Shown here piece after piece: positions 28,899 through 48,966 of a stretch of 64,000 nucleotides of DNA. The translations under genes and the position numbers were made by a program. The notes under the pieces were generated by a model. It was given only the letters and a program-made list of their open reading frames with translations. It searched no databases and was not told where the DNA came from. The first letter of the stretch is position 1, and each line of letters starts with the position of its first letter. Source of the DNA: Escherichia coli (lineage in GTDB: Bacteria > Pseudomonadota > Gammaproteobacteria > Enterobacterales > Enterobacteriaceae). The stretch lies in NCBI RefSeq assembly GCF_013315695.1, contig NZ_CP054353.1; one strand, given 5' to 3'.

Positions 28899-30440
<1,542 letters not shown>

Positions 30441-30525
30441 CCTTAAAGAAGCGTACTTTGAAGTGCTCACACAGATTGTCTGATAGAAAGTGAAAAGCAA
30501 GGCGTCTTGCGAAGCAGACTGATAC

Positions 30526-30601
30526 GTCCCCTTCGTCTAGAGGCCCAGGACACCGCCCTTTCACGGCGGTAACAGGGGTTCGAATCCCCTAGGGGACGCC
30601 A
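30526..30601 (+). tRNA. gltV: tRNA-Glu (UUC) in 16S-23S spacer
   Basis: GTCCCCTTCGTCTAGAGGCCCAGGACACCGCCCTTTCACGGCGGTAACAGGGGTTCGAATCCCCTAGGGGACGCCA, 76 nt, anticodon loop CTTTCAC. Confidence 0.96.
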
Positions 30602-30795
30602 CTTGCTGGTTTGTGAGTGAAAGTCACCGACCTTAATATCGTTAAAGATGACTTACGAGTCATGTTTAAGATATTTGCTCTTTAAAAATCTGGATCAAGC
30701 TGAAAATTGAAACACTGAACAACGAAAGTTGTTCGTGAGTCTCTCAAATTTTCGCAACACGATGATGAGTCGAAAGAAACATCTTCGGGTTGTGA

Positions 30796-33699
<2,904 letters not shown>

Positions 33700-33793
33700 A
33701 CAACGCCGAAGATGTTTTGGCGGAAGAGACATCGATAAGTAAGCTTGATAACAGATTAAATCAGAACGCAGAAGTGGTCTGATAAACAGAATT

Positions 33794-33913
33794 TGCCTGG
33801 CGGCCTTAGCGCGGTGGTCCCACCTGACCCCATGCCGAACTCAGAAGTGAAACGCCGTAGCGCCGATGGTAGTGTGGGGTCTCCCCATGCGAGAGTAGGG
33901 AACTGCCAGGCAT
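33794..33913 (+). rRNA. rrfE: 5S ribosomal RNA
   Basis: TGCCTGGCGGCCTTAGCGCGGTGGTCCCACCTGACCCCATGCCGAACTCAGAAGTGAAACGCCGTAGCGCCGATGG...CTGCCAGGCAT, 120 nt. Confidence 0.97.
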
Positions 33914-33927
33914 CAAATTAAGCGAAA

Positions 33928-33952
33928 GGCCATCCTGACGGATGGCCTTTTT
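33928..33952 (+). terminator. rRNA operon terminator
   Basis: GGCCATCC-tgac-GGATGGCC followed by TTTTT, 15 nt after 5S. Confidence 0.85.
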
Positions 33953-34002
33953 GCGCTGGTGCAGAAAAAGGTCGGATGCGACGCTGGCGCGTCTTACCCG
34001 AC

Positions 34003-34479
34003 CTACGAAGAGTTGCGGCGAGTGCAGATATCCGCATTATCCCCCACATATGCCAGATTCAGCAATGGATACGGTTTCCCCAAATCGTCCACCTCAGAGC
34101 GTCCCGTAACCTTAAAACCCACCTTCTTATAGAACCCAACCGCCTGCTCATTTTGCTCATTAACATTGGTTGTCAGTTCCGGGGCCATTGAGAGCGCATG
34201 CTTCACCAGCATCCGACCCACGCCGCAGCCGCGCACATCAGGATCGATAAACAGCGCATCCATATGCTGCCCACTTAACAACATAAACCCAACCGGCCGA
34301 TCCCGCTCATTAACCGCGACCCACAACGGCGCTTCCGGCAAGAAGGAACGAACTAGCTCCTCCAGCTCGGCCCGATACTCTGCTGATAAAAAATCGTGAG
34401 TGGCATCGACAGAACGACACCAAATCGCAACGAGTTCCTCCCCTTCCTCATGCCGTGAGCGGCGAATACTAATAACCAT
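34003..34479 (-). CDS. yjaB: GNAT family N-acetyltransferase YjaB
   Basis: 158 aa track ORF MVISIRRSRHEEGEELVAIWCRSVDATHDFLSAEYRAELEEL...; acetyl-CoA binding motif RGCGVGRMLVKHAL, GFYKKVGF. Confidence 0.85.
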   Translation of the reverse strand: MVISIRRSRHEEGEELVAIWCRSVDATHDFLSAEYRAELEELVRSFLPEAPLWVAVNERDRPVGFMLLSGQHMDALFIDPDVRGCGVGRMLVKHALSMAPELTTNVNEQNEQAVGFYKKVGFKVTGRSEVDDLGKPYPLLNLAYVGDNADICTRRNSS

Positions 34480-34592
34480 TTTCTCTCCTTTTCGTCATTC
34501 TTATATTCTAACGTAGCCTTTTCCTTGAAACTTTCTCACCTTCAACATGCAGACTCGACATTGGCAAATTTTCTGGTTATCTTCAGCTATCT

Positions 34593-34616
34593 GGATGTCT
34601 AAACGTATAAGCGTAT
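34593..34616 (+). promoter_or_regulatory. MetJ operator (tandem met boxes) of metA
   Basis: GGATGTCT AAACGTAT AAGCGTAT: three tandem 8 bp repeats related to the met box AGACGTCT, 20-45 nt upstream of metA. Confidence 0.65.
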
Positions 34617-34635
34617 GTAGTGAGGTAATCAGGTT

Positions 34636-35565
34636 ATGCCGATTCGTGTGCCGGACGAGCTACCCGCCGTCAATTTCTTGCGTGAAGAAAACGTCTTTGT
34701 GATGACAACTTCTCGTGCGTCTGGTCAGGAAATTCGTCCGCTAAAGGTACTTATCCTTAACCTGATGCCGAAGAAGATCGAAACTGAAAATCAGTTTCTG
34801 CGCCTGCTTTCAAACTCACCTTTGCAGGTCGATATTCAGCTGTTGCGCATTGATTCCCGTGAATCGCGCAACACGCCCGCAGAGCATCTGAATAACTTCT
34901 ACTGTAACTTTGAAGATATTCAGGAACAAAACTTTGACGGTCTGATAGTTACCGGCGCGCCGCTGGGCCTGGTGGAGTTTAATGATGTCGCTTACTGGCC
35001 GCAGATCAAACAGGTGCTGGAGTGGTCGAAAGATCACGTCACCTCGACGCTGTTTGTCTGCTGGGCGGTACAGGCCGCGCTAAATATCCTCTACGGCATT
35101 CCTAAGCAAACTCGCACCGACAAACTCTCTGGCGTTTACGAGCATCATATTCTCCATCCTCATGCGCTTCTGACGCGTGGCTTTGATGATTCATTCCTGG
35201 CACCGCATTCGCGCTATGCTGACTTTCCGGCAGCGTTGATTCGTGATTACACCGATCTGGAAATTCTGGCAGAGACGGAAGAAGGGGATGCATATCTGTT
35301 TGCCAGCAAAGATAAGCGCATTGCCTTTGTGACGGGCCATCCCGAATATGATGCGCAAACGCTGGCGCAGGAATATTTCCGCGATGTGGAAGCCGGACTA
35401 GACCCGGAAGTACCGTATAACTATTTCCCGCACAATGATCCGCAAAACAAACCGCGAGCGAGCTGGCGTAGTCACGGTAATTTGCTGTTTACCAACTGGC
35501 TCAACTATTACGTCTACCAGATCACGCCATACGATCTACGGCACATGAATCCAACGCTGGATTAA
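34636..35565 (+). CDS. metA: Homoserine O-succinyltransferase
   Basis: 309 aa [51 protein letters not shown]. Confidence 0.96.
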   Translation: MPIRVPDELPAVNFLREENVFVMTTSRASGQEIRPLKVLILNLMPKKIETENQFLRLLSNSPLQVDIQLLRIDSRESRNTPAEHLNNFYCNFEDIQEQNFDGLIVTGAPLGLVEFNDVAYWPQIKQVLEWSKDHVTSTLFVCWAVQAALNILYGIPKQTRTDKLSGVYEHHILHPHALLTRGFDDSFLAPHSRYADFPAALIRDYTDLEILAETEEGDAYLFASKDKRIAFVTGHPEYDAQTLAQEYFRDVEAGLDPEVPYNYFPHNDPQNKPRASWRSHGNLLFTNWLNYYVYQITPYDLRHMNPTLD

Positions 35566-35609
35566 TCTTCTGTGATAGTCGATCGTTAAGCGATTCAGCA
35601 CCTTACCTC

Positions 35610-35632
35610 AGGCACCTTCGGGTGCCTTTTTT
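35610..35632 (+). terminator. metA terminator
   Basis: AGGCACC-ttcg-GGTGCCT followed by TTTTTT. Confidence 0.8.
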
Positions 35633-35709
35633 ATTTCCGAAACGCACCTCAGTAGGTGAATAAAATTTATTCATATTGTTATCAATAAGTTATCAAGTAT
35701 TTTTAATTA

Positions 35710-35740
35710 AAATGGAAATTGTTTTTGATTTTGCATTTTA
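35710..35740 (+). promoter_or_regulatory. aceBAK promoter region with IclR box
   Basis: AAATGGAAATTGTTTTTGATTTTGCATTTT, A/T-rich imperfect palindrome resembling the IclR operator (TGGAAAT...ATTTCCA type), about 100 nt upstream of aceB. Confidence 0.45.
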
Positions 35741-35833
35741 AATGAGTAGTCTTAGTTGTGCTGAACGAAAAGCGCACAACGATCCTTCGTTCACAGTGGG
35801 GAAGTTTTCGGATCCATGACGAGGAGCTGCACG

Positions 35834-37435
35834 ATGACTGAACAGGCAACAACAACCGATGAACTGGCTTTCATAAGGCCGTATGGCGAGCAGGAGAAGC
35901 AAATTCTTACTGCCGAAGCGGTAGAATTTCTGACTGAGCTGGTGACGCATTTTACGCCACAACGCAATAAACTTCTGGCAGCGCGCATTCAGCAGCAGCA
36001 GGATATCGATAACGGAACGTTGCCTGATTTTATTTCGGAAACAGCTTCCATTCGTGATGCTGACTGGAAAATTCGTGGTATTCCCGCGGACTTACAAGAT
36101 CGTCGAGTCGAGATAACTGGCCCGGTTGAGCGCAAGATGGTGATCAACGCGCTCAACGCCAATGTGAAAGTCTTTATGGCCGATTTCGAAGATTCACTGG
36201 CCCCGGACTGGAACAAAGTGATCGACGGGCAAATTAACCTGCGCGATGCGGTTAACGGCACCATCAGCTATACCAATGAAGCAGGCAAAATTTATCAGCT
36301 CAAGCCCAATCCAGCGGTGTTGATTTGTCGGGTTCGCGGTCTGCACTTGCCGGAAAAACATGTCACCTGGCGCGGCGAAGCAATTCCTGGCAGCCTGTTT
36401 GATTTTGCGCTCTATTTCTTCCACAACTACCAGGCTCTGTTAGCAAAAGGCAGCGGTCCCTATTTCTATCTGCCGAAAACCCAGTCCTGGCAGGAAGCGG
36501 CCTGGTGGAGCGAAGTCTTCAGCTATGCAGAAGATCGCTTTAATCTGCCGCGCGGCACCATCAAGGCGACGTTGCTGATTGAAACGCTGCCCGCCGTGTT
36601 CCAGATGGACGAAATCCTTCACGCGCTGCGTGACCATATTGTTGGTCTGAACTGCGGTCGTTGGGATTACATCTTCAGTTATATCAAAACGTTGAAAAAC
36701 TATCCCGATCGCGTCCTGCCAGATAGACAGGCAGTGACGATGGATAAACCCTTCCTGAATGCTTACTCACGCCTGTTGATTAAAACCTGCCATAAACGCG
36801 GCGCATTTGCGATGGGCGGCATGGCGGCGTTTATTCCGAGCAAAGATGAAGAGCGCAATAACCAGGTGCTCAACAAAGTAAAAGCGGATAAATCGCTGGA
36901 AGCCAATAACGGTCACGATGGCACATGGATCGCTCACCCAGGTCTTGCGGATACGGCAATGGCGGTATTCAACGACATTCTCGGCTCCCGTAAAAATCAG
37001 CTTGAAGTGATGCGCGAACAAGACGCGCCGATTACTGCCGATCAGCTGCTGGCACCTTGTGATGGTGAACGCACCGAAGAAGGTATGCGCGCCAACATTC
37101 GCGTGGCTGTGCAGTACATCGAAGCATGGATCTCCGGCAACGGCTGCGTGCCGATTTATGGCCTGATGGAAGATGCGGCGACGGCTGAAATTTCCCGTAC
37201 CTCAATCTGGCAGTGGATCCATCATCAAAAAACGTTGAGCAATGGCAAACCGGTGACCAAAGCCTTGTTCCGCCAGATGCTGGGCGAAGAGATGAAAGTC
37301 ATTGCCAGCGAACTGGGCGAAGAACGTTTCTCCCAGGGGCGTTTTGACGATGCCGCACGTTTGATGGAACAGATCACCACTTCCGATGAGTTAATTGATT
37401 TCCTGACCCTGCCAGGCTACCGCCTGTTAGCGTAA
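35834..37435 (+). CDS. aceB: Malate synthase A
   Basis: 533 aa from ATG 35834 ([33 protein letters not shown]); track ORF starts 6 codons upstream. Confidence 0.96.
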   Translation: MTEQATTTDELAFIRPYGEQEKQILTAEAVEFLTELVTHFTPQRNKLLAARIQQQQDIDNGTLPDFISETASIRDADWKIRGIPADLQDRRVEITGPVERKMVINALNANVKVFMADFEDSLAPDWNKVIDGQINLRDAVNGTISYTNEAGKIYQLKPNPAVLICRVRGLHLPEKHVTWRGEAIPGSLFDFALYFFHNYQALLAKGSGPYFYLPKTQSWQEAAWWSEVFSYAEDRFNLPRGTIKATLLIETLPAVFQMDEILHALRDHIVGLNCGRWDYIFSYIKTLKNYPDRVLPDRQAVTMDKPFLNAYSRLLIKTCHKRGAFAMGGMAAFIPSKDEERNNQVLNKVKADKSLEANNGHDGTWIAHPGLADTAMAVFNDILGSRKNQLEVMREQDAPITADQLLAPCDGERTEEGMRANIRVAVQYIEAWISGNGCVPIYGLMEDAATAEISRTSIWQWIHHQKTLSNGKPVTKALFRQMLGEEMKVIASELGEERFSQGRFDDAARLMEQITTSDELIDFLTLPGYRLLA

Positions 37436-37464
37436 ACCACCACATAACTATGGAGCATCTGCAC

Positions 37465-38769
37465 ATGAAAACCCGTACACAACAAATTGAAGAATTACAG
37501 AAAGAGTGGACTCAACCGCGTTGGGAAGGCATTACTCGGCCATACAGCGCGGAAGATGTGGTGAAATTACGCGGTTCAGTCAATCCTGAATGCACGCTGG
37601 CGCAACTGGGCGCGGCGAAAATGTGGCGTCTGCTGCACGGCGAGTCGAAAAAAGGCTACATCAACAGCCTCGGTGCACTGACTGGCGGTCAGGCGCTGCA
37701 ACAGGCGAAAGCGGGTATTGAAGCGGTCTATCTGTCGGGATGGCAGGTAGCGGCGGACGCTAACCTGGCGGCCAGCATGTATCCGGATCAGTCGCTCTAT
37801 CCGGCAAACTCGGTGCCAGCTGTGGTGGAGCGGATCAACAACACCTTCCGCCGTGCGGATCAGATCCAATGGTCCGCGGGCATTGAGCCGGGCGATCCGC
37901 GCTATGTCGATTACTTCCTGCCGATCGTTGCTGATGCGGAAGCCGGTTTTGGCGGTGTCCTGAATGCCTTTGAACTGATGAAAGCGATGATTGAAGCCGG
38001 TGCAGCGGCAGTTCACTTCGAAGATCAGCTGGCATCAGTGAAGAAATGCGGTCACATGGGCGGCAAAGTTTTAGTGCCAACTCAGGAAGCTATTCAGAAA
38101 CTGGTCGCGGCGCGTCTGGCAGCTGACGTGACGGGCGTTCCAACCCTTCTGGTTGCCCGTACCGATGCTGATGCGGCGGATCTGATTACCTCCGATTGCG
38201 ACCCGTATGACAGCGAATTTATTACCGGCGAGCGTACCAGTGAAGGCTTCTTCCGTACTCATGCAGGTATTGAACAAGCGATCAGCCGTGGCCTGGCGTA
38301 TGCGCCATATGCTGACCTGGTATGGTGTGAAACCTCCACGCCGGATCTGGAACTGGCGCGTCGCTTTGCACAAGCCATCCACGCGAAATATCCGGGCAAA
38401 CTGCTGGCTTATAACTGCTCGCCTTCGTTCAACTGGCAGAAAAACCTCGACGACAAAACTATTGCCAGCTTCCAGCAGCAGCTGTCGGATATGGGCTACA
38501 AGTTCCAGTTCATCACCCTGGCAGGTATCCACAGCATGTGGTTCAACATGTTTGACCTGGCAAACGCCTATGCCCAGGGCGAGGGTATGAAGCACTATGT
38601 TGAGAAAGTGCAGCAGCCGGAATTTGCCGCCGCGAAAGATGGCTATACCTTCGTATCTCACCAGCAGGAAGTGGGTACAGGTTACTTCGATAAAGTGACG
38701 ACCATTATTCAGGGCGGCACGTCGTCGGTTACCGCACTGACTGGCTCCACTGAAGAATCGCAGTTCTAA
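37465..38769 (+). CDS. aceA: Isocitrate lyase
   Basis: 434 aa from ATG 37465 ([38 protein letters not shown]); KKCGHMGGK active-site motif. Confidence 0.96.
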   Translation: MKTRTQQIEELQKEWTQPRWEGITRPYSAEDVVKLRGSVNPECTLAQLGAAKMWRLLHGESKKGYINSLGALTGGQALQQAKAGIEAVYLSGWQVAADANLAASMYPDQSLYPANSVPAVVERINNTFRRADQIQWSAGIEPGDPRYVDYFLPIVADAEAGFGGVLNAFELMKAMIEAGAAAVHFEDQLASVKKCGHMGGKVLVPTQEAIQKLVAARLAADVTGVPTLLVARTDADAADLITSDCDPYDSEFITGERTSEGFFRTHAGIEQAISRGLAYAPYADLVWCETSTPDLELARRFAQAIHAKYPGKLLAYNCSPSFNWQKNLDDKTIASFQQQLSDMGYKFQFITLAGIHSMWFNMFDLANAYAQGEGMKHYVEKVQQPEFAAAKDGYTFVSHQQEVGTGYFDKVTTIIQGGTSSVTALTGSTEESQF

Positions 38770-38789
38770 GCAACCTACAAACGTTGCTG

Positions 38790-38928
38790 ACTGTAGGCCG
38801 GATAAGGCATTTACGCCGCATCCGGCAATCGGTGCACGATGCCTGATGCGACGCTTGCGCGTCTTATCATGCCTACAACCGTTGCCGAACGTAGGCTGGA
38901 TAAGGCGTTTACGCCGCATCCGGCAATT
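38790..38928. repeat. REP/BIME cluster (three REP units, alternating orientation)
   Basis: CTGTAGGCCGGATAAGGCATTTACGCCGCATCCGGCAA, GCCTGATGCGACGCTTGCGCGTCTTATCATGCCTAC, GTAGGCTGGATAAGGCGTTTACGCCGCATCCGGCAA match the E. coli REP consensus. Confidence 0.85.
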
Positions 38929-38952
38929 CTCTGCTCCTGATGAGGGCGCTAA

Positions 38953-40677
<1,725 letters not shown>

Positions 40678-40693
40678 ATCAGAGGCGAAAAAG

Positions 40694-41518
40694 TCAGCGC
40701 ATTCCACCGTACGCCAGCGTCACTTCCTTCGCCGCTTTAATCACCATCGCGCCAAACTCGGTCACGCGGTCATCGGTAATACGTGAAATCGGTCCGGAAA
40801 TAGAAATTGCGGCAAACGGTTCACGGTGCTCATCGAAAATACACGCTGCAAGGCAACGTAGCCCCAGCGCATGTTCCTCATCGTCAAATGAATAACCCCG
40901 TTTGCGCGTTTGGGCGAGATCTTCTTTTAAATGCACAGGAGACACTAGCGTTGCGTGGGTATAGGCATGTAACCCTTTGCGGTGCAGCAGCTTCGTCACC
41001 TGTTCTTCGCTCAGTTGGGCTAAAAAGGCTTTACCCGCACCGGAAGCGTGCATAGGTAATTTACCGCCGATAGGCGCGGACATTCGCATCAGGTGGGTAC
41101 ACTGTACTTGGTCGATAATAATCGCTTCATGATCGCTTTGATCAAGCACCGCCATATTGACCGTTTCGCCAGACTCTTCCATTAGATTGCGCAGGATAGG
41201 GTGAACAATTGCTAACAAATTACGGCTCTGGAGAAAGCTGCTGCCGACCATAAAGGCATGTGCGCCGATTGCCCAGTGTCCCAGTTCGCCAACCTGACGC
41301 ACGAAACCCTGCTGTTGCATCGTGGTTAGCAGGCGGTGGGTCGTGGAATTGGGTAACCCGGCTTGTTGCGCCAGCTCCGTGAGTGCCACACTGCCATTGG
41401 ATTCGGCAATCCACTCCAGTAATTTCAGGCCACGCGTTAAAGACTGAACCTGTCCAGTCGCTGGTGCGGTGGCAACGGCGGGTTTTCTGCCGCGTTTCGC
41501 GGGAATGGGTGCGACCAT
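40694..41518 (-). CDS. iclR: Glyoxylate bypass repressor IclR
   Basis: 274 aa MVAPIPAKRGRKPAVATAPATGQVQSLTRGLKLLEWIAESNGSVALTELAQQAGLPNSTTHRLL; stop is 16 nt from aceK stop. Confidence 0.95.
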   Translation of the reverse strand: MVAPIPAKRGRKPAVATAPATGQVQSLTRGLKLLEWIAESNGSVALTELAQQAGLPNSTTHRLLTTMQQQGFVRQVGELGHWAIGAHAFMVGSSFLQSRNLLAIVHPILRNLMEESGETVNMAVLDQSDHEAIIIDQVQCTHLMRMSAPIGGKLPMHASGAGKAFLAQLSEEQVTKLLHRKGLHAYTHATLVSPVHLKEDLAQTRKRGYSFDDEEHALGLRCLAACIFDEHREPFAAISISGPISRITDDRVTEFGAMVIKAAKEVTLAYGGMR

Positions 41519-41717
41519 GACAGTCTCCTTTTTCTGTATCGTGGAAATCATTTTCATTTTTATTGTTAGCTAATGCAATAGTTGCTGAACTGATCCGATG
41601 AGTTAATGTTGAACAAATCTCATGTTGCGTGGTGGTCGCTTTTACCACAGATGCGTTTATGCCAGTATGGTTTGTTGAATTTTTATTAAATCTGGGTTGA
41701 GCGTGTCGGGAGCAAGT

Positions 41718-45401
<3,684 letters not shown>

Positions 45402-45620
45402 TTCACAAATCTGTCACTTTTCCTTACAACAAACAGGGCGCTCAATGAGTGCCCTGTCTCTTTATTAATATGAAACACTTATACTGGAATCAGGCTGGAA
45501 TAATCTTAGCCGGAAAAACGAAGGTCAAAAGGCACAGTAAAGATGCCAGTCAGCGTGTTTCCGGTCCTTTGGTCATTCAATTGCTTCAGGAACATATAAC
45601 GATAAGGAGAACCTGAACTC

Positions 45621-47252
45621 GTGTTAACGCTGCTTCACCTGCTTTCTGCCGTCGCCCTGCTGGTCTGGGGGACTCATATTGTTCGAACCGGCGTAATGCG
45701 CGTCTTCGGCGCGCGTCTGCGTACTGTTCTTAGCCGAAGCGTCGAAAAGAAGCCGCTCGCCTTTTGCGCGGGGATAGGCGTTACCGCACTGGTGCAGAGC
45801 AGTAATGCCACCACCATGCTGGTGACCTCGTTTGTCGCTCAGGATCTGGTAGCCCTCGCACCGGCTCTGGTGATTGTGCTGGGTGCAGATGTCGGGACGG
45901 CGCTAATGGCGCGTATTCTCACCTTCGATTTATCCTGGCTGTCACCGTTACTTATTTTTATCGGCGTGATTTTTTTCCTCGGACGCAAACAGTCACGCGC
46001 CGGGCAACTGGGCCGCGTCGGTATTGGTCTTGGGCTGATTTTGCTGGCGCTGGAGTTGATTGTGCAGGCCGTAACGCCGATCACCCAGGCAAACGGCGTT
46101 CAGGTGATCTTTGCCTCGCTGACCGGCGATATTCTGCTGGATGCGCTGATTGGCGCGATGTTCGCCATTATCAGCTACTCCAGCCTTGCTGCTGTACTGC
46201 TGACCGCGACTCTGACCGCCGCAGGCATTATCTCCTTCCCCGTGGCGCTCTGTCTGGTGATTGGTGCTAACCTCGGTTCCGGTCTGCTGGCGATGCTCAA
46301 CAACAGTGCCGCCAATGCCGCAGCCCGCCGTGTCGCGCTGGGTAGCCTGCTGTTTAAGCTGGTGGGTAGCCTGATTATCCTGCCGTTTGTCCATTTGCTG
46401 GCAGAGACAATGGGGAAGTTGCCACTGCCAAAAGCGGAACTGGTGATCTATTTCCACGTCTTCTACAACCTTGTACGCTGCCTGGTCATGCTGCCATTTG
46501 TTGACCCGATGGCACGGTTTTGCAAAACGATTATTCGCGATGAACCGGAACTGGATACCCAGCTACGACCCAAACATCTGGATGTCAGCGCGCTGGATAC
46601 GCCCACGCTTGCTCTGGCGAACGCCGCGCGCGAAACCCTGCGCATTGGCGACGCCATGGAACAGATGATGGAAGGGTTGAATAAAGTGATGCACGGCGAG
46701 CCACGGCAGGAGAAAGAGCTGCGTAAGCTGGCAGATGATATCAACGTTCTCTACACCGCCATTAAGCTGTATCTGGCGCGAATGCCAAAAGAGGAACTGG
46801 CAGAAGAAGAGTCGCGCCGCTGGGCGGAGATCATCGAAATGTCGCTCAACCTTGAACAGGCCTCCGATATCGTCGAGCGCATGGGCAGCGAAATTGCCGA
46901 CAAATCGCTGGCTGCAAGGCGAGCATTTTCGCTTGATGGTTTGAAGGAACTGGATGCGCTCTATGAGCAATTGCTCAGTAATTTAAAACTGGCAATGTCG
47001 GTTTTCTTCTCTGGCGATGTTACCACCGCCCGTCGTTTGCGCCGTAGCAAACATCGTTTTCGCATTCTTAATCGCCGCTATTCCCATGCCCACGTCGATC
47101 GCCTGCATCAGCAAAACGTGCAAAGCATTGAAACCAGTTCGCTACATTTAGGCTTACTGGGAGATATGCAGCGTCTGAACTCGCTGTTTTGTTCGGTGGC
47201 TTACAGTGTGCTGGAACAGCCGGATGAAGACGAAGGACGGGACGAGTATTAA
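45621..47252 (+). CDS. yjbB: Na/Pi cotransporter family membrane protein YjbB
   Basis: 543 aa polytopic N-terminal half plus PhoU-like C-terminal half; position after metH. Confidence 0.9.
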   Translation: MLTLLHLLSAVALLVWGTHIVRTGVMRVFGARLRTVLSRSVEKKPLAFCAGIGVTALVQSSNATTMLVTSFVAQDLVALAPALVIVLGADVGTALMARILTFDLSWLSPLLIFIGVIFFLGRKQSRAGQLGRVGIGLGLILLALELIVQAVTPITQANGVQVIFASLTGDILLDALIGAMFAIISYSSLAAVLLTATLTAAGIISFPVALCLVIGANLGSGLLAMLNNSAANAAARRVALGSLLFKLVGSLIILPFVHLLAETMGKLPLPKAELVIYFHVFYNLVRCLVMLPFVDPMARFCKTIIRDEPELDTQLRPKHLDVSALDTPTLALANAARETLRIGDAMEQMMEGLNKVMHGEPRQEKELRKLADDINVLYTAIKLYLARMPKEELAEEESRRWAEIIEMSLNLEQASDIVERMGSEIADKSLAARRAFSLDGLKELDALYEQLLSNLKLAMSVFFSGDVTTARRLRRSKHRFRILNRRYSHAHVDRLHQQNVQSIETSSLHLGLLGDMQRLNSLFCSVAYSVLEQPDEDEGRDEY

Positions 47253-47261
47253 TACCGTGAC

Positions 47262-47337
47262 CCTGTAGGCCTGATAAGACGCGTAAAGCGTCGCATCAGG
47301 CACGATGAACAAGATGCCGGATCATGCATCCGGCAAT
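47262..47337. repeat. REP element pair
   Basis: CTGTAGGCCTGATAAGACGCGTAAAGCGTCGCATCAGGCA and GATGCCGGATCATGCATCCGGCAA between yjbB and pepE. Confidence 0.8.
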
Positions 47338-47341
47338 TCAT

Positions 47342-48031
47342 TTAAAAACGGTGACCCGCTTCCAGCGGAACCGCTTCTTCACCAGCCTTAAATACATAAG
47401 TGGTGTTCGGGCCACCCAGCGTAGCGTGACCTTTACTTACTGTGATCCAGTTACCTTCCGGCAGACCAATAATCGTCAGTTCTGGCGCGACGACCAGCAG
47501 TTCGCGAATACGCTGCTCACGCGTTTCACCTTTATGGCCTTCCGGCAGCGCGTTGGTGAAGTGCGGGTTGATTTGCAACGGGAACAGATTCAGCGCATCG
47601 AAACCTTGCGGATCGACAATCGGCATATCGTTGGTGGTACGAATGGTTGGGCAAGCAAGGTTAGCGCCTGCGCTCCAGCCAATATACAGCGCGCCACGTT
47701 TCACCACGTCAGTAATTGGTGCCAGCAGCCCGCGCTCGCGGCACTGTTTCAGCAACTGGAAAGTATTACCGCCGCCGACAATCACGATCTCAGCATTTTC
47801 AATCGCGGCAACGGGATCGACAACGCTATGAATACCGGTGACAGAAACACCCAGCGGAGCGAGAACCGCAGCCGTTTTCGCTGTGTAATCATCCCAGGTC
47901 TGCGTTACGCCAGCGAAAGGAATAAATACCGCTGAGCGGCGACCCTGCAACTGTTCAGCAATCAGCGGCAGCGCGTGTTCCAGCCAGGCTTTACCCGGCA
48001 GCGTCGAGTTACTCAATAAAAGCAGTTCCAT
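47342..48031 (-). CDS. pepE: Dipeptidase E (alpha-aspartyl dipeptidase)
   Basis: 229 aa [57 protein letters not shown]. Confidence 0.95.
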
Positions 48032-48153
48032 TACTTCTCCGGTTAGTAAGAAATCACGGGAGCCATGCTACCACTGTGATTTTAACCGCTTACTGACATG
48101 GCTCACGATGTTGCGCATTGCTTCTGGCGTGGCAAACAAGGCGCTGATGTTTC

Positions 48154-48966
48154 TTATCCTTCTCGTGCAAATTGTGCCGCCTCAGCAATCAGTTGCGCAT
48201 CAGGCCGTACGCCGGTATACATTGCGAACTGCTCGACGGCCTGTAAAGCAATCACCTCCGCACCGCTAATCGTCTGCTTATCAAGCCGTTGCGCCAGGCG
48301 AATGAGCGGCGTTTCCGGCGGCAAGGCCACGACATCAAAAACGACGCTTGCCGTTGAGACCATCGCTTCGCTGAAGGCCAGCTCATGGCTCTCTTTACCG
48401 CCGCTCATGCCAACGGGCGTCACGTTGACCAGAATGTCGCAGGCGATGCCTTCCGGCTGCGGTTGCCACTGAAACCCATACTGCTTCGCCAGCGCCGGGC
48501 CGCTCTCGCGGTTGCGGGCGGCAATGATAACATCCGTAAACCCCGCGTCGCGAAAGGCGGCAATCACCGCTTTGCCCATGCCGCCACTGCCGCGAATCAT
48601 CACTCGCGTGGTGGTATTGAGCTGGTGGTGGGTAATCAGGCTTTTCACCGCGATATAGTCGGTGTTAAACCCGGTCAGCCTGCCGTCGTCATTCACGATG
48701 GTATTCACGGAATCAATGACCTTCGCCGACGGATCGATCGCGTCGAGAAAAGGCATGCAGCTTTCTTTAAACGGCATCGACACAGCGCAACCGCGAATAC
48801 CCAACGCGCGAACCCCTTTCACCGCCGCTGCAATATCCTGGGTGGTGAACGCTTTATAGATGAAATTCAGCCCCAGCTTTTCATAAAGATAATTGTGAAA
48901 ACGCGTGCCGAAGTTACCGGGGCGGCCGGCCAGCGACATGCAGAGTTGAGTATCGCGATTAATCAT
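48154..48966 (-). CDS. AroE/YdiB-family (shikimate dehydrogenase-like) NAD(P) oxidoreductase, substrate unknown
   Basis: 271 aa from ATG(rc) 48964-48966: MINRDTQLCMSLAGRPGNFGTRFHNYLYEKLGLNFIYKAF...NTDYIA...IRGSGGMGKAV; N-terminal substrate domain, NTD motif and Gly-rich Rossmann loop laid out as in AroE; start overlaps the sorE stop (ATGATTAA). Confidence 0.75.
   Translation of the reverse strand: MINRDTQLCMSLAGRPGNFGTRFHNYLYEKLGLNFIYKAFTTQDIAAAVKGVRALGIRGCAVSMPFKESCMPFLDAIDPSAKVIDSVNTIVNDDGRLTGFNTDYIAVKSLITHHQLNTTTRVMIRGSGGMGKAVIAAFRDAGFTDVIIAARNRESGPALAKQYGFQWQPQPEGIACDILVNVTPVGMSGGKESHELAFSEAMVSTASVVFDVVALPPETPLIRLAQRLDKQTISGAEVIALQAVEQFAMYTGVRPDAQLIAEAAQFAREG

Noticed and set aside
41600-41625. 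Possible MetR binding site (TGAACAAATCTCA) upstream of metH
   Set aside because: Only a partial match to TGAA-N5-TTCA; too weak to annotate without comparative data.
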